From the IMG/VR virus record IMGVR_UViG_2690315620_000001, positions 1,749-65,748 of that record: a stretch of 64,000 nucleotides of DNA; one strand, 5' to 3'. The notes beneath the pieces are model-generated. The model saw nothing but the letters and a program-made list of their open reading frames with translations. It was not told the DNA's origin and did not search any database. The stretch comes from a virus (taxonomy: Duplodnaviria > Caudoviricetes). Shown piece after piece: positions 19,236 to 28,986 of the stretch. A program made the translations under genes and the position numbers. Each line of letters starts with the position of its first letter. Position 1 is the stretch's first letter.

Positions 19236-19940
19236 TTATTTTCCGAGTTGCTTCTTCAATTTTGCGTAAGCAACGCGATGTTCTTGGCGTCCCGTCTTGC
19301 GTGCTAATTCGGCTGCGTCCGATAATAATTGGTCAGCCGTTTTGTCCGCTACGTCGGTGTTTCCGTTTGTCGCCTGTCCGATAGGCTGCTGCGCCTTCTT
19401 GCCGACTAGAAACGGTTTATTGTCAACTAGCGCTTTTACAACGTCATCCATTCCGACTACTTTACCGTCCTCGTCGATTGTCACGGCCGATAAATCCGCG
19501 AGTGCGATAGCGTCGTCTAAATAAGCGACATTGGCGCCAGTAGCGACCTTGTTAAATTCGTTGCGTATCTTTTCGGATTCCGCTTGCTTACGAATGGCTT
19601 CGAGTTGGGCCGTTAGTTCGTTCTTTTCTTCCTCGAATTTCTTCGCTAATGCTTCCGCGCGTTCTTTCTCCGATAATTCCGCAAGTCTTTTTTCTTCGAG
19701 TAGTGCTTCGTATTCGCTAGCCTTCGTTTTCAATTCGTCGAAGCCTTCGTATTTTTTACGTTCTCGCTCTAAGCGCTTCTTTAACGCTTCTTCGAATTCG
19801 GCTTGCGTCAGTAATTTTTCCGTTGGTGGTTCCGTAGGCTCTTGCGGTTCTACTGGCGCAACTGGTTCCGTCGGCTCTGCCGGTGGTTCCTCCGAAAAAT
19901 ACTGTAGGTTAAGCGTTAGTAAATCGTTAAGATTCGTCAT
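19236..19940 (-). CDS. Capsid scaffolding protein
   Basis: LNLQYFS N-terminal motif, Pro/Glu linker, coiled coil; upstream of capsid. Confidence 0.88.
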   Translation of the reverse strand: MTNLNDLLTLNLQYFSEEPPAEPTEPVAPVEPQEPTEPPTEKLLTQAEFEEALKKRLERERKKYEGFDELKTKASEYEALLEEKRLAELSEKERAEALAKKFEEEKNELTAQLEAIRKQAESEKIRNEFNKVATGANVAYLDDAIALADLSAVTIDEDGKVVGMDDVVKALVDNKPFLVGKKAQQPIGQATNGNTDVADKTADQLLSDAAELARKTGRQEHRVAYAKLKKQLGK

Positions 19941-20025
19941 AATGTATTACCTCCGTGTTGGCGCCGTCGCGCATATTTTGTTACGCCGTTGCAGTTTAGC
20001 GACTTATACGTTCGGTCGTGTTGAG

Positions 20026-20886
20026 TTAATTACCGTTAATTCTTCGTATATCCGCCGATGTCCTAGAAGGGTCGCGAAGTGGCGATACTACGTGCTTACA
20101 ATTCGGATGGAATATTTCTCGGCGAGGTAACTCGTCAATATACGGATAATCGCCAGGTGCTTCCGCGATTAGCTTGACGATCTTACCCTCGTAACCTCGA
20201 CACGCATCCGTAGCGCCATGTGTACTAATAACGCCGTAATAAGCGCCTTCGTCGATAGCTTCGTTAATAGACGCTTCACGCTGCGCCTGCATTAACTTCG
20301 TACGAGCGAGCATTTCCGTATAATGCGATACTTTCCAGCGCCTACCCGACGCGTCGATAATGGCTTCGTTCGCTTCTGCCCCGAGTTGCTTCCGTAATTC
20401 CTTACTTAGCGCCGACTTAATCGACCGTACGCCGTTAATGCCCGAGGCTGTCTGCGCTCGAATAACTTCTGCCGATGCTTTGCGAATAATAACGCGTGTG
20501 CGTCGCTCAATATTCTGCGTAACTGCGAGTAAATCCGCTTGCGTGTCCGCGATCATGGCTGCGGCTAGTCGACGATTCACTCCGTTAAACTGCGCTATCT
20601 TTAACGCATCTTCGAAGGTCTCCGCTAGATGTAGCGACATAATAGTACGGGCGATGCCGTCGTTAAACGCTTTGTCCGTCGTTAACGCTGCCCATTCGTC
20701 GCCGTACTGCGCCATATCGGAAAGTATTCGGCTGATATTACGCTCGGTAGCGATGATTTGCGCGCGTTCGAAATCCGATAGAAAAAGCGTATCGAGTTCG
20801 CTTCTTACGTCTCTAAGTGCGCGCTCATACGCTTTGGTTAGCTTATTAATATCGTAGTCATACGTTGGTTGCGGAATGTCCGGCAT
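20026..20886 (-). CDS. Minor capsid/head morphogenesis protein
   Basis: D.SGRRW....Y.EM..RT and HPNCKH motifs. Confidence 0.85.
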   Translation of the reverse strand: MPDIPQPTYDYDINKLTKAYERALRDVRSELDTLFLSDFERAQIIATERNISRILSDMAQYGDEWAALTTDKAFNDGIARTIMSLHLAETFEDALKIAQFNGVNRRLAAAMIADTQADLLAVTQNIERRTRVIIRKASAEVIRAQTASGINGVRSIKSALSKELRKQLGAEANEAIIDASGRRWKVSHYTEMLARTKLMQAQREASINEAIDEGAYYGVISTHGATDACRGYEGKIVKLIAEAPGDYPYIDELPRREIFHPNCKHVVSPLRDPSRTSADIRRINGN

Positions 20887-21803
20887 TAGTTATCACCGCC
20901 TTGCGTCGCGATCGTGTTATCTGAAATGAATTCCGCTAGTTGTTCGGCGTTCGTATTACGCTTACCGTACTGCTTGTGAAAATCTACGTGACACATCTTA
21001 CAAAGCGTGATACCGTTATCTACGTCCGTCCTACATTCGGGATTATCCGCGAAGTTAAGTATGTGATGCGCGTTTATCTCCGCACCTCTTACGTTACAAC
21101 ATTGGCAAGTGTAGTCGTCGCGTTCGAAAACGCCTTCCCTGAACGGCTTATATGCCCGTTGTTGTCTTTTTTGTTCTCGTTCTTCGTCGGTGATGTTCGG
21201 GTCCCTAAGTGCTTCGCTGATCTTATCACTACGACATTGCCGACAGTCCTTACCTTTAAAAAAATTATTTAGATTCGTATGTCCCTGTGTACCACATTTA
21301 CAAATGTAAGGCATAGGCAGAATTGAATTTAAAAAAGAGTCCGCTAGTAACACTTTTCCTTGTTCCTCGAAAAGTTCCCTAACGTCCTCTAATGTGTACT
21401 TACGTTTAGCATCGCCTATTTTTTTGTACCCGCATTGCTTACATGATATTCCAGAGTATTTAGCGGCGCCTAATACTATCTCCGACTGGCTTCCGCACCT
21501 ACATATATATTTTAATTTATCTCCGAATGCGTAAGAAGTTGAAAGTAATTTGCAACCGGATTCAGTAAATATCTGTTCTATTTCTTCGATAGGAGTTGTC
21601 TTGGTTTTAGAAGCCTTCTTACGCCCACAAGACGCACAACTCTTTCCGCGTTTAGCGTTATTCACTGACATAGTACTTTCATTTCCGCAAGTGCAAATGT
21701 AACGCATCGGTACGTCCTTGCTTGTGTACTCTTTTTCTAGTAGTACGAAACCGCGTGCCTCGAAAACCGCTAGGACCTGTTCCATCGTTAGTTTTGCGGG
21801 CAT
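20886..21803 (-). CDS. Free-standing HNH endonuclease with three Zn-ribbon repeats
   Basis: 3x YICxCG...CxxC; VFERDDYTCQCC...HHI...NGITLC..CH. Confidence 0.88.
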   Translation of the reverse strand: MPAKLTMEQVLAVFEARGFVLLEKEYTSKDVPMRYICTCGNESTMSVNNAKRGKSCASCGRKKASKTKTTPIEEIEQIFTESGCKLLSTSYAFGDKLKYICRCGSQSEIVLGAAKYSGISCKQCGYKKIGDAKRKYTLEDVRELFEEQGKVLLADSFLNSILPMPYICKCGTQGHTNLNNFFKGKDCRQCRSDKISEALRDPNITDEEREQKRQQRAYKPFREGVFERDDYTCQCCNVRGAEINAHHILNFADNPECRTDVDNGITLCKMCHVDFHKQYGKRNTNAEQLAEFISDNTIATQGGDN

Positions 21804-21807
21804 ATTA

Positions 21808-23388
21808 TCACTCTCCTACTTCGTTAAAAATACTAGCGTCGACTGTTCCGACTTCTCTTTCAGCGTCGCTTCCAATGCGACTTATAATTTCCCTCGCTTG
21901 AATATCATCTACGCTGTCCATTCGTTTTACCGCTGTAGCGACGTCTATCGTGGCTTTTCCGCCGGTTCTAATCTGCATTATTTCGGCTTGTTCTTTTAGA
22001 TTTTCGGGAAGTCCTGATCTCCATGTAATAATCGGGTACGCCGCTTCGAATTTTTTATCTCCGTGTGCTATATCGAGTAATTGACAGTTGTATAATGCGT
22101 CGCGAATTGCTAGGTTATAGTGCGTCTTAATTCGATTAGTTTTCGAAAGGATCGGCATGAAGCGCGCCTTAATCGCAGCTCCATCTGTATGGGAAGTACC
22201 AGTACCCCCTGCGTTCGCATCCCCGAGTACTGTACCGAATAACCACTGTGGCGTCTCCGCAATTTGAAAAGCCATACCGATTAATGTCTCTAACTCTTTA
22301 AATGCTCCTTCTAGTTTACCGTCCCAAGTCATATAACCTGGGATGGCGTCGTCTTTAGTTATCGGAATGTATGCGCCCGATATTCTGACGTTGCCTCTTT
22401 CTCCTAATTCCGGTCCGTATGTCGGAGGGTCCGAGTGTTTGTAAAGCACCAGATCAATTTGGGCGAGTCTATCGTTAATTGCGATTAATATCGATTCTAT
22501 CGCCTCTAACGTCCCCTTACCTTCCCATGCGTCGTCTACCGATTTATACGGTATATGGTGAACAAGTAACGTCGGCACACCCGTTTCTATAACGTCGACT
22601 TCACGTCCAGTAGCGACTTTTTCTTCGATAGTAAACGTCTGTAACGGATAACCGTATGAGCTATCGACACTACCTTCCGTCGCGGATAGACGATAGCGCT
22701 CGTACATGATGTAACCGGGTAAATGACGCTCTACGTTTAAGAACGGAATGTCCGCTTTTACGCCGACTACCCATTCGACTGATGCGATATTTACCGCCTT
22801 GAACGCCTTGACGTTACCTCGCGCTGTTTCCGGGAATACGCAAGATGCCGAAATATGCTCGATAATAGGCTCCATTACTGCGTCGTCCGGTACGCCCATT
22901 CCTAGTTCCGCTAATGCAGAATAATCTTGACGGTAATCATAGCGCACCTTAATCCACGCATCGCCTCGGTAGCCGTTTGATAACGTCGACTCATGTATCA
23001 ACTTAACTAAATCGTTTTCTTCGACGTAGCTATTAATTGCTACTTGTTGTGGTGTATCATCTGCTAATCCACTGTCGAATATCGGTGGTTCGCCTACGAG
23101 TAAATCCGCTGCTTTAGTTACGAGGATATCTGCGAAATTAGCTGCGATATATAGCTTTTCTAATTGCGCTGCGTGCGGAGTATCCCGAAGTATAGCGGTA
23201 GCACGTTCGTAAATTTCTAATGCTTTTCCGTCATATAACGTTTTCATGCGTTTATATTTAGAAAGTCGTTCCCGTGAGTTTTCTGGTGGAAATACCGCGC
23301 CGACCTTTATTATTTTGTCGGTGTACACGACCGACCCACTCTCGCTTAGTTCGTCGTCCGATTTACGACCGATTTTGAATATGGCGAT
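21808..23388 (-). CDS. Portal protein (SPP1 gp6-like), probable ATC/ATA start
   Basis: Follows terL; AAAGGAGG at 23404-23397 precedes in-frame ATA(23391)/ATC(23388), 20 codons upstream of track GTG at 23328. Confidence 0.88.
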   Translation of the reverse strand: MAIFKIGRKSDDELSESGSVVYTDKIIKVGAVFPPENSRERLSKYKRMKTLYDGKALEIYERATAILRDTPHAAQLEKLYIAANFADILVTKAADLLVGEPPIFDSGLADDTPQQVAINSYVEENDLVKLIHESTLSNGYRGDAWIKVRYDYRQDYSALAELGMGVPDDAVMEPIIEHISASCVFPETARGNVKAFKAVNIASVEWVVGVKADIPFLNVERHLPGYIMYERYRLSATEGSVDSSYGYPLQTFTIEEKVATGREVDVIETGVPTLLVHHIPYKSVDDAWEGKGTLEAIESILIAINDRLAQIDLVLYKHSDPPTYGPELGERGNVRISGAYIPITKDDAIPGYMTWDGKLEGAFKELETLIGMAFQIAETPQWLFGTVLGDANAGGTGTSHTDGAAIKARFMPILSKTNRIKTHYNLAIRDALYNCQLLDIAHGDKKFEAAYPIITWRSGLPENLKEQAEIMQIRTGGKATIDVATAVKRMDSVDDIQAREIISRIGSDAEREVGTVDASIFNEVGE

Positions 23389-23437
23389 TATGTCCGCCTC
23401 CTTTGCGTTTACTTTGCGTCAAAAAGACGCCTCTCTT

Positions 23438-23470
23438 AGTAATATCGTTTTAAGTCTCTGTGTCGCGGAG
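23438..23470 (-). promoter_or_regulatory. Phage-sigma promoter copy (before portal)
   Basis: CTCCGC-N14-AAACGATATTACT. Confidence 0.7.
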
Positions 23471-23486
23471 AACCATTTCCGAAAAT

Positions 23487-25202
23487 TTATAGCCACGAAG
23501 GTTTATTTTGTACTTCGATCTTACGGAGTGATTGCGCTAATTGGAAACACATGCTCAAAGAATCCGGTCCGTCGTCGTGTCGAGCGTTTGGATATAACTC
23601 TAGCTGTTCGATAAGCAATCGATGTTTTTTGCTGAAGCGTATCTTACCGTTTTGGATATCCGGTAAAAGGGCTTCGATACGTAACGTTTTTCTAACGCGC
23701 TGTTTAACTTCTTTGACTCGCGTTGTTCCCGGATACCCGTGACGATGTAACTCTTCTTTTACTTTGTGCGCGAACCACTCTTGTGCCATCTGCGCCTCAA
23801 CCGCGATTCCTGCGTATTGATACTGTAGCGCCTTCTGAACAACGGTATTCAGCAAAATATCGGGATGCACACGCTCTATAAACGTATCGACGATGTAGCA
23901 AACACCGGTTTCTCTATTCCTGGCAAGCGTTACAATCGCCGAGTAATCGCCTTTTTCCTTACCCATCGCGAAATCCACCGCGGCATAGTAGTCGATTTTC
24001 ATGCCTTCGAGGTCCGATTCGTAGAAATATGCGAATTCCTCTGGCTTGAATATTTGCGAATCCGGATCGGTAGGATTTCCGAGATACTCTTGGTTAAATG
24101 CTCGTCCGCCCATTGTTTCGCGCTTCTCCATAAAATATTTATACGAATACATCTGTGGCCATAACGTTTTCGTACCTTTTAACATTTCGTCTTTATTAGC
24201 TTCGTAGAATTCCTCTGACTTCGTTAATGCGTCGGGGCTATCGCTATTGTATATCTCGCGCCAAACGTCCCATAAGTCCTCGCGTTCCGTCCATTCGAGA
24301 ATTGCGGGGAACTTGCGACTTATAAAATCCTTACGTTGCGTTATAACGTGATTAAGAAGCGAATCCGGTCCTAAAATTGTCCCCATATAGATACACATAC
24401 CGCCGAATCCTAGTGCCTCCATCATTTCGGAACGAAACCACTGCAGGTTTTTTGACCGTAACTCCGGCGTATTCGTATTAGCGTTACTCTCTAAATCATC
24501 GAGCAAAAAAAGTCCAACACGTTCGGTTAAATGGCGGAGTCCACGCATCTGCGTCCCCATACCCTTCGCTTCTACCTTCGTACCGGTTGTCGTTATAAAT
24601 TCGAGTTTATTGTCGACCTCATTTGCGGAAGCCTTCGGGTGTAAAAGTTCACCGAAGTCGCTACGAAGCTTTTCGTTAAACTTGAGATTCTGCGATGTAA
24701 ACTTAACGAAGTCGCCCGCTACGTCCGTCGTTTCGGACACCTCTACGATGTATTTCTGCTTACGGAATACTACCTGGTGACATAAAAAAGCGTTACTAAG
24801 ATACGCGGTTTTCGCATGGCGTCGTCCTACCGACCATGCTACGTTAGTTTGAGTATTGCCCTTCGCTACGTCGTCCAATAGCCCACATAGTACACGGTGG
24901 AACTCCGCAGCATCCTCGTACGATTGACCTTCCGGTATTAAATTGACCTCGTTAAGCGGATTTTTACCGTCGGAAAAATATTCGTATGTGAAAAATAGTA
25001 AATCGTCCTCACACCGATGTATTCGTTCTAGCCGACGTAATTCCGCCAGCCTATCTCGGTAATCTACGCCTAATCCTGCGTTGAATATATCGTCGATTGA
25101 ACCGTCAAATTTCGTTTCAATTGCGTTAATGTATTCCGCATATGTTTCGATCAGCTCAGCGCGCTTATTACGCTCTAGCCACTTGCCGCTTACCCACGCC
25201 AT
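23487..25202 (-). CDS. terL: Terminase large subunit
   Basis: Walker A-like GRRHAKT, LLDDLE, QEY, AVDFA...DYSA, HDDGPD nuclease motif. Confidence 0.93.
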   Translation of the reverse strand: MAWVSGKWLERNKRAELIETYAEYINAIETKFDGSIDDIFNAGLGVDYRDRLAELRRLERIHRCEDDLLFFTYEYFSDGKNPLNEVNLIPEGQSYEDAAEFHRVLCGLLDDVAKGNTQTNVAWSVGRRHAKTAYLSNAFLCHQVVFRKQKYIVEVSETTDVAGDFVKFTSQNLKFNEKLRSDFGELLHPKASANEVDNKLEFITTTGTKVEAKGMGTQMRGLRHLTERVGLFLLDDLESNANTNTPELRSKNLQWFRSEMMEALGFGGMCIYMGTILGPDSLLNHVITQRKDFISRKFPAILEWTEREDLWDVWREIYNSDSPDALTKSEEFYEANKDEMLKGTKTLWPQMYSYKYFMEKRETMGGRAFNQEYLGNPTDPDSQIFKPEEFAYFYESDLEGMKIDYYAAVDFAMGKEKGDYSAIVTLARNRETGVCYIVDTFIERVHPDILLNTVVQKALQYQYAGIAVEAQMAQEWFAHKVKEELHRHGYPGTTRVKEVKQRVRKTLRIEALLPDIQNGKIRFSKKHRLLIEQLELYPNARHDDGPDSLSMCFQLAQSLRKIEVQNKPSWL

Positions 25203-25386
25203 CCACAACGCCTCCTTTTCGATATGTATTGCGCCACATGGACGCTTTATTACGCTAAAGTCAAAGTGATTTTTTGTGCCGGCTTATGTTCGGCCACCTG
25301 GTAACGGGTTTTGCCGGTACGCCTTTGGGGGATTCGAATTGTTTCCGTTTCATACGCAATTCACACCGTATATTTATGCGCTTCTA

Positions 25387-25414
25387 GCTTTGGATAATCT
25401 TTATTATGTAAACT
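25387..25414 (+). other. dif-like Xer recombination site
   Basis: GCTTTGGATAA-TCTTTA-TTATGTAAACT: 11-6-11 layout; right arm equals B. subtilis dif XerD/RipX arm. Confidence 0.7.
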
Positions 25415-25746
25415 CGATTGTTCTTCAACCGTTGTCACTACGCCATTCATCCGCTATACGCAACTTAACGTTATACATTAATTATGCAGCGGTCGTTGGG
25501 CGTAGTAATTCCGCATACTTACGATAAGTAACCGGCATACCCTACGCCCCACCTCCTGCATACGATTTGCATACGCTATTTCCAAAGCGTTTGACCCCTA
25601 CGTCCGCAAGGCGCCTCTGCCCGGTGCTACCCGCCCTACCTACGTACTCACCCCGCCTATATAGCGCCTACCCATGACGGCATATGTCGCCCACCCTATC
25701 GGAGTTCCTTCTATTATATGCGCCGTTATAAAGTACGTCCGACACG

Positions 25747-26115
25747 CTACCCTTTTCGTAGGCTCTCGATCTCCGCTTTAATAGCGTCAATATCCGTACC
25801 CTTGTCCGTAGTAGTAACGTCTATCTTCTCTGATAACATGCCGTGTGCTTGCAGTAGCGTGCGTAGCATTGCCGCGTTACCACTTTCGATAATATGTCCG
25901 CTTACAGACGCCATTACTTCCGGTAAGCTATCGAGTGTGTTTGCGACTATCTGACGTTTCAATGCGTCGTTAAAGTCGTCACGCTTACGCCATTCGTATA
26001 ATGTATCGCGGTTAACTCCGATTTGTGCCGCTATTTGTGCGTAGGTAAGTCCGGCTCTTTTAGGTTGCGCTAATATCGTTACTGCAGCGATTTGTTGTTC
26101 GTTAAGTTTCGCCAT
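25747..26115 (-). CDS. terS: Terminase small subunit (N-terminal HTH, phBC6A51-like)
   Basis: LNEQQIAA...TYAQIA..IGV.R.TLYEW HTH; upstream of terL. Confidence 0.8.
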   Translation of the reverse strand: MAKLNEQQIAAVTILAQPKRAGLTYAQIAAQIGVNRDTLYEWRKRDDFNDALKRQIVANTLDSLPEVMASVSGHIIESGNAAMLRTLLQAHGMLSEKIDVTTTDKGTDIDAIKAEIESLRKG

Positions 26116-26147
26116 GTGTCCGATTCACCTCCGTTTAATTATTCCGC

Positions 26148-26336
26148 TTACCATCCGACCATTTCGACGATGAAATATAGCGGGTTAGTCGTTTCTAAAT
26201 CGTTATCCCTTGCGTATTGTTTCGCTTCATCTAGCGTCTTGAACGTATAGTATCCGCCTGTATCGTCCTTTACTACGTCCCATACTCCGTAACTTTCGTT
26301 AGTAACGAGTGCTGTCCGTGGTAATACGATGTACAT
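26148..26336 (-). CDS. Hypothetical protein
   Basis: 62 aa, GGAGG RBS. Confidence 0.6.
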   Translation of the reverse strand: MYIVLPRTALVTNESYGVWDVVKDDTGGYYTFKTLDEAKQYARDNDLETTNPLYFIVEMVGW

Positions 26337-26659
26337 ATAAAAACCTCCGTTTATATATCGTAGGAATGTCCGCCGGTATTATATAAGACCACGTTACATT
26401 CCCCGTTTAATGTCCTCGCCTGTCGTTCCGACTAAAAACATAGTCTCGGCTAACGCCCTCGACAGATGTTACTATAATCGTATATCCCTTTATCGATAAA
26501 GAACTTCGATACAATAGTGGTGCGACGAGCCGTCTTTTCAGGCGAAGGCGCCATTACTTAATATCCTCCGTACTTATACGTTATCTATAAGAGAAGAGGT
26601 TATCGGCGCCTAAAAGTGTCTTGACGCCTACTCTCCGTAAGCTTAACCGCCATTTCTAC

Positions 26660-26709
26660 GATTGCAGTTTTTGACCCAAATTCGACGTTAGATTGCAGTT
26701 TTTGACCCA
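26660..26709. repeat. Two 19-bp direct repeats GATTGCAGTTTTTGACCCA
   Basis: Exact copies at 26660-26678 and 26691-26709, 31-bp period. Confidence 0.9.
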
Positions 26710-26712
26710 CGC

Positions 26713-27591
26713 TTAATAAGGCAAGTCCGCTAATTTCACGTTTGCCTGTTCGGAATAGCTTTCGCCCATTACAAATAACGTACGTAACGCTTCTGCATAC
26801 GGTGTATATTCGTCACGTTTGCGATACATAATGTCGGGATTAATAACGTATAGCTCCGTTTCGAAGAACAGCATCGTCGTCATAAATCCGTATTTACGTA
26901 ATTCCCTCGTATAGCGATCGACGAACTTACGGTCGACTCCGATTAGGTTAGCTAATTGTATGTGCGACATATAGCGTAGTTTCGTCTGGTCCGTTTCCTC
27001 CGGATTATCGCATAGGCAACAATATTCGAAGTTAAAATACGGAATCATCTTATATAGAAGTCCCGCGGCTTGTATCGTTAAATTAGCGATGTCTGTCCGC
27101 GTCTTAATCTGATACACTTTCGTATAATACGTCTTGCGTACGTGCTTTCCGATGGAATGGTAATACTCGTTAATTCCGTATACAACGTAACGACCTTCGC
27201 GCTCCGTAAATAACACGCCATGCGAAACTAAATCCGCTAGTATTTCGTCTGTAGCTCGCTTACCTTTACCGATTGCCTTCGCAATAGCTGTCGATGTCAT
27301 ACGACTGCCGTTACTGTACAACTGACCCCCGCTATTCATCTTCAAATACGGAATCAGCTTCATTAGCGCACCTAGTTCGATGACCTTTAGCGTTTCGCTT
27401 AGTAGCTTCGCCGTATCGTGATAGCAATTGACGTAGTAGCGAGTCGGACCACTTTCGCGCAATTCCTTACGTCGTTTAGCTTCGCGCCAGTCCTCTAACG
27501 TTTCATTCGTTTGTATCGATACTTCATCGGCATATCCGTATACAATGTCGCGACCATTCTCGTCTGTGTACCGTTCGATAGCGTTACTCAT
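26713..27591 (-). CDS. Tandem winged-helix DNA-binding protein (RepL/replication-maintenance-like)
   Basis: Two internal repeats G.L.K.IPY...IA..IG...L...G....Y.IN; start MSNAIE. Confidence 0.6.
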   Translation of the reverse strand: MSNAIERYTDENGRDIVYGYADEVSIQTNETLEDWREAKRRKELRESGPTRYYVNCYHDTAKLLSETLKVIELGALMKLIPYLKMNSGGQLYSNGSRMTSTAIAKAIGKGKRATDEILADLVSHGVLFTEREGRYVVYGINEYYHSIGKHVRKTYYTKVYQIKTRTDIANLTIQAAGLLYKMIPYFNFEYCCLCDNPEETDQTKLRYMSHIQLANLIGVDRKFVDRYTRELRKYGFMTTMLFFETELYVINPDIMYRKRDEYTPYAEALRTLFVMGESYSEQANVKLADLPY

Positions 27592-27874
27592 TCTCCGCAT
27601 ACCCCTTCCAGTCAAACGAGGCGATAGCTTCCGTCATTTGCGCTATTAATTCGTCATACTCGATTCTACCAGTTACGTAATCATCGATAATATCTAAGGA
27701 CATATCGCTAGTCGGCGCGCCCAATAAATCCGACAATAAGTACGTTAAGCTGTCCATTTCCGTAAAATACTCGTAAAGTTCCGTCCCCATTAAGTTGTTC
27801 ATAGCGTCAATCTTTCCGCATAATCCTCGCGTTATCTCCGCAACTGTTTTAGTTAATTCGGCTTTGCTAATCAT
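27584..27874 (-). CDS. Hypothetical acidic protein
   Basis: ORF coupled to neighbours. Confidence 0.55.
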   Translation of the reverse strand: MISKAELTKTVAEITRGLCGKIDAMNNLMGTELYEYFTEMDSLTYLLSDLLGAPTSDMSLDIIDDYVTGRIEYDELIAQMTEAIASFDWKGYAENE

Positions 27875-28032
27875 TGCGAATCACCGTCATTCACACGATC
27901 AATCTGCGCTTCTAACTCTCGCAATACGCGCGATGTCTCCTTCGCTTCACGTTGTAGCGCCTTTAACCCCTTGATTGCCGATTCTACGTTTACCTCTACA
28001 TCTACCGTAATTTCGCGATTATTTCTCGCCAT
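27871..28032 (-). CDS. Hypothetical 53-aa protein
   Basis: AAGGGG RBS; MARNNREITVDVEVNVESAIKGLKALQREAK; ATGA overlap; below track cutoff. Confidence 0.6.
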   Translation of the reverse strand: MARNNREITVDVEVNVESAIKGLKALQREAKETSRVLRELEAQIDRVNDGDSQ

Positions 28033-28106
28033 ATTATCGTCCCCTTGTCGTAGTTTCGTCGTTTAATGTCCGCCGACAATATAAAAAGACGCCCTTTAAG
28101 GACGCC

Positions 28107-28853
28107 CTAACCGATATCCCTTAACGCCAATGCTTCGTCAATTCTGCGTTTTGCAATCGCTACGTATTCCGGTTCGCGTTCAATGCCGATAAAGTTTCGG
28201 TTAGTATTAATCGCTGCGATTGCGGTAGTGCCGGAACCTAAACAGTTATCCAGTACGGTATCGCCTTCGTTTGTATAAGTGCGGATTAAATACTCAAATA
28301 ATTCCGTAGGCTTTTGTGTCGGATGTAAGCCACGCTCTACTGTATTGAAGAAGATAGCACTTTTAGGGTATCGTTTTCCGTCGGTATTCACGTAGCGAGC
28401 ACCCTTTTGATTCCCGTAGTTACTCGATGTTACCTTTTGAGTTCCCTTGTCGTACGGCTCACCCTCTGTAAATTGCGGATTGTATAACGGTGGCTTTTTA
28501 TAGAATACAAGTATGTTTTCGTGATTCTTCATAGGCATCTTTTTAGCGTTAAGATGTCCAGTCCCCTTTTGCTTTACCCAAACCCACTCGTATTTTAAAA
28601 GTTTCAGATTACTGACTCCCAAAACCTTATCGAATGGTGTCTGTGCCGTTAATACGATCGCGCCGTTATCTTTTATAATGCGTTCATATTCCGCCCATAA
28701 CTCGTCCAATGGTATAATACTGTCCCACTTATTTCGGGTCGTTCCATACGGTAAATCGCACAAAACCATATCAACACTTCCATCATCTATGCGTTTCATT
28801 AGCGTTAGACAATCGCCCTCATGTACTTCATTAATCGCTAGTGTATTCGTCAT
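28107..28853 (-). CDS. DNA amino-methyltransferase (N6-A/N4-C, beta class)
   Basis: GDCL, DLPY motif IV, HPTQKP, VLDNCLGSGTT motif I. Confidence 0.92.
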   Translation of the reverse strand: MTNTLAINEVHEGDCLTLMKRIDDGSVDMVLCDLPYGTTRNKWDSIIPLDELWAEYERIIKDNGAIVLTAQTPFDKVLGVSNLKLLKYEWVWVKQKGTGHLNAKKMPMKNHENILVFYKKPPLYNPQFTEGEPYDKGTQKVTSSNYGNQKGARYVNTDGKRYPKSAIFFNTVERGLHPTQKPTELFEYLIRTYTNEGDTVLDNCLGSGTTAIAAINTNRNFIGIEREPEYVAIAKRRIDEALALRDIG

Positions 28854-28986
28854 TTCTCCATCGCTCCCATTTTCGTTTTCCCTATAATAAACAATCGCGT
28901 AGAAGGCGTTAGGGATTCGCTTTTCATTTCCGGTAGCTAACCGTCAACTATCTACGCAATATAAAAGACGTCCAGTTACGGTCGCC

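Noticed and set aside
25325-25345. GGATTCGAA resembling a tRNA T-loop
   Set aside because: No cloverleaf can be built; no tRNA found in the window by eye
26405-28070. Repeated GTTTAATGTC at 26405 and 28061
   Set aside because: Two 10-mers are too little to separate from chance without homologue data
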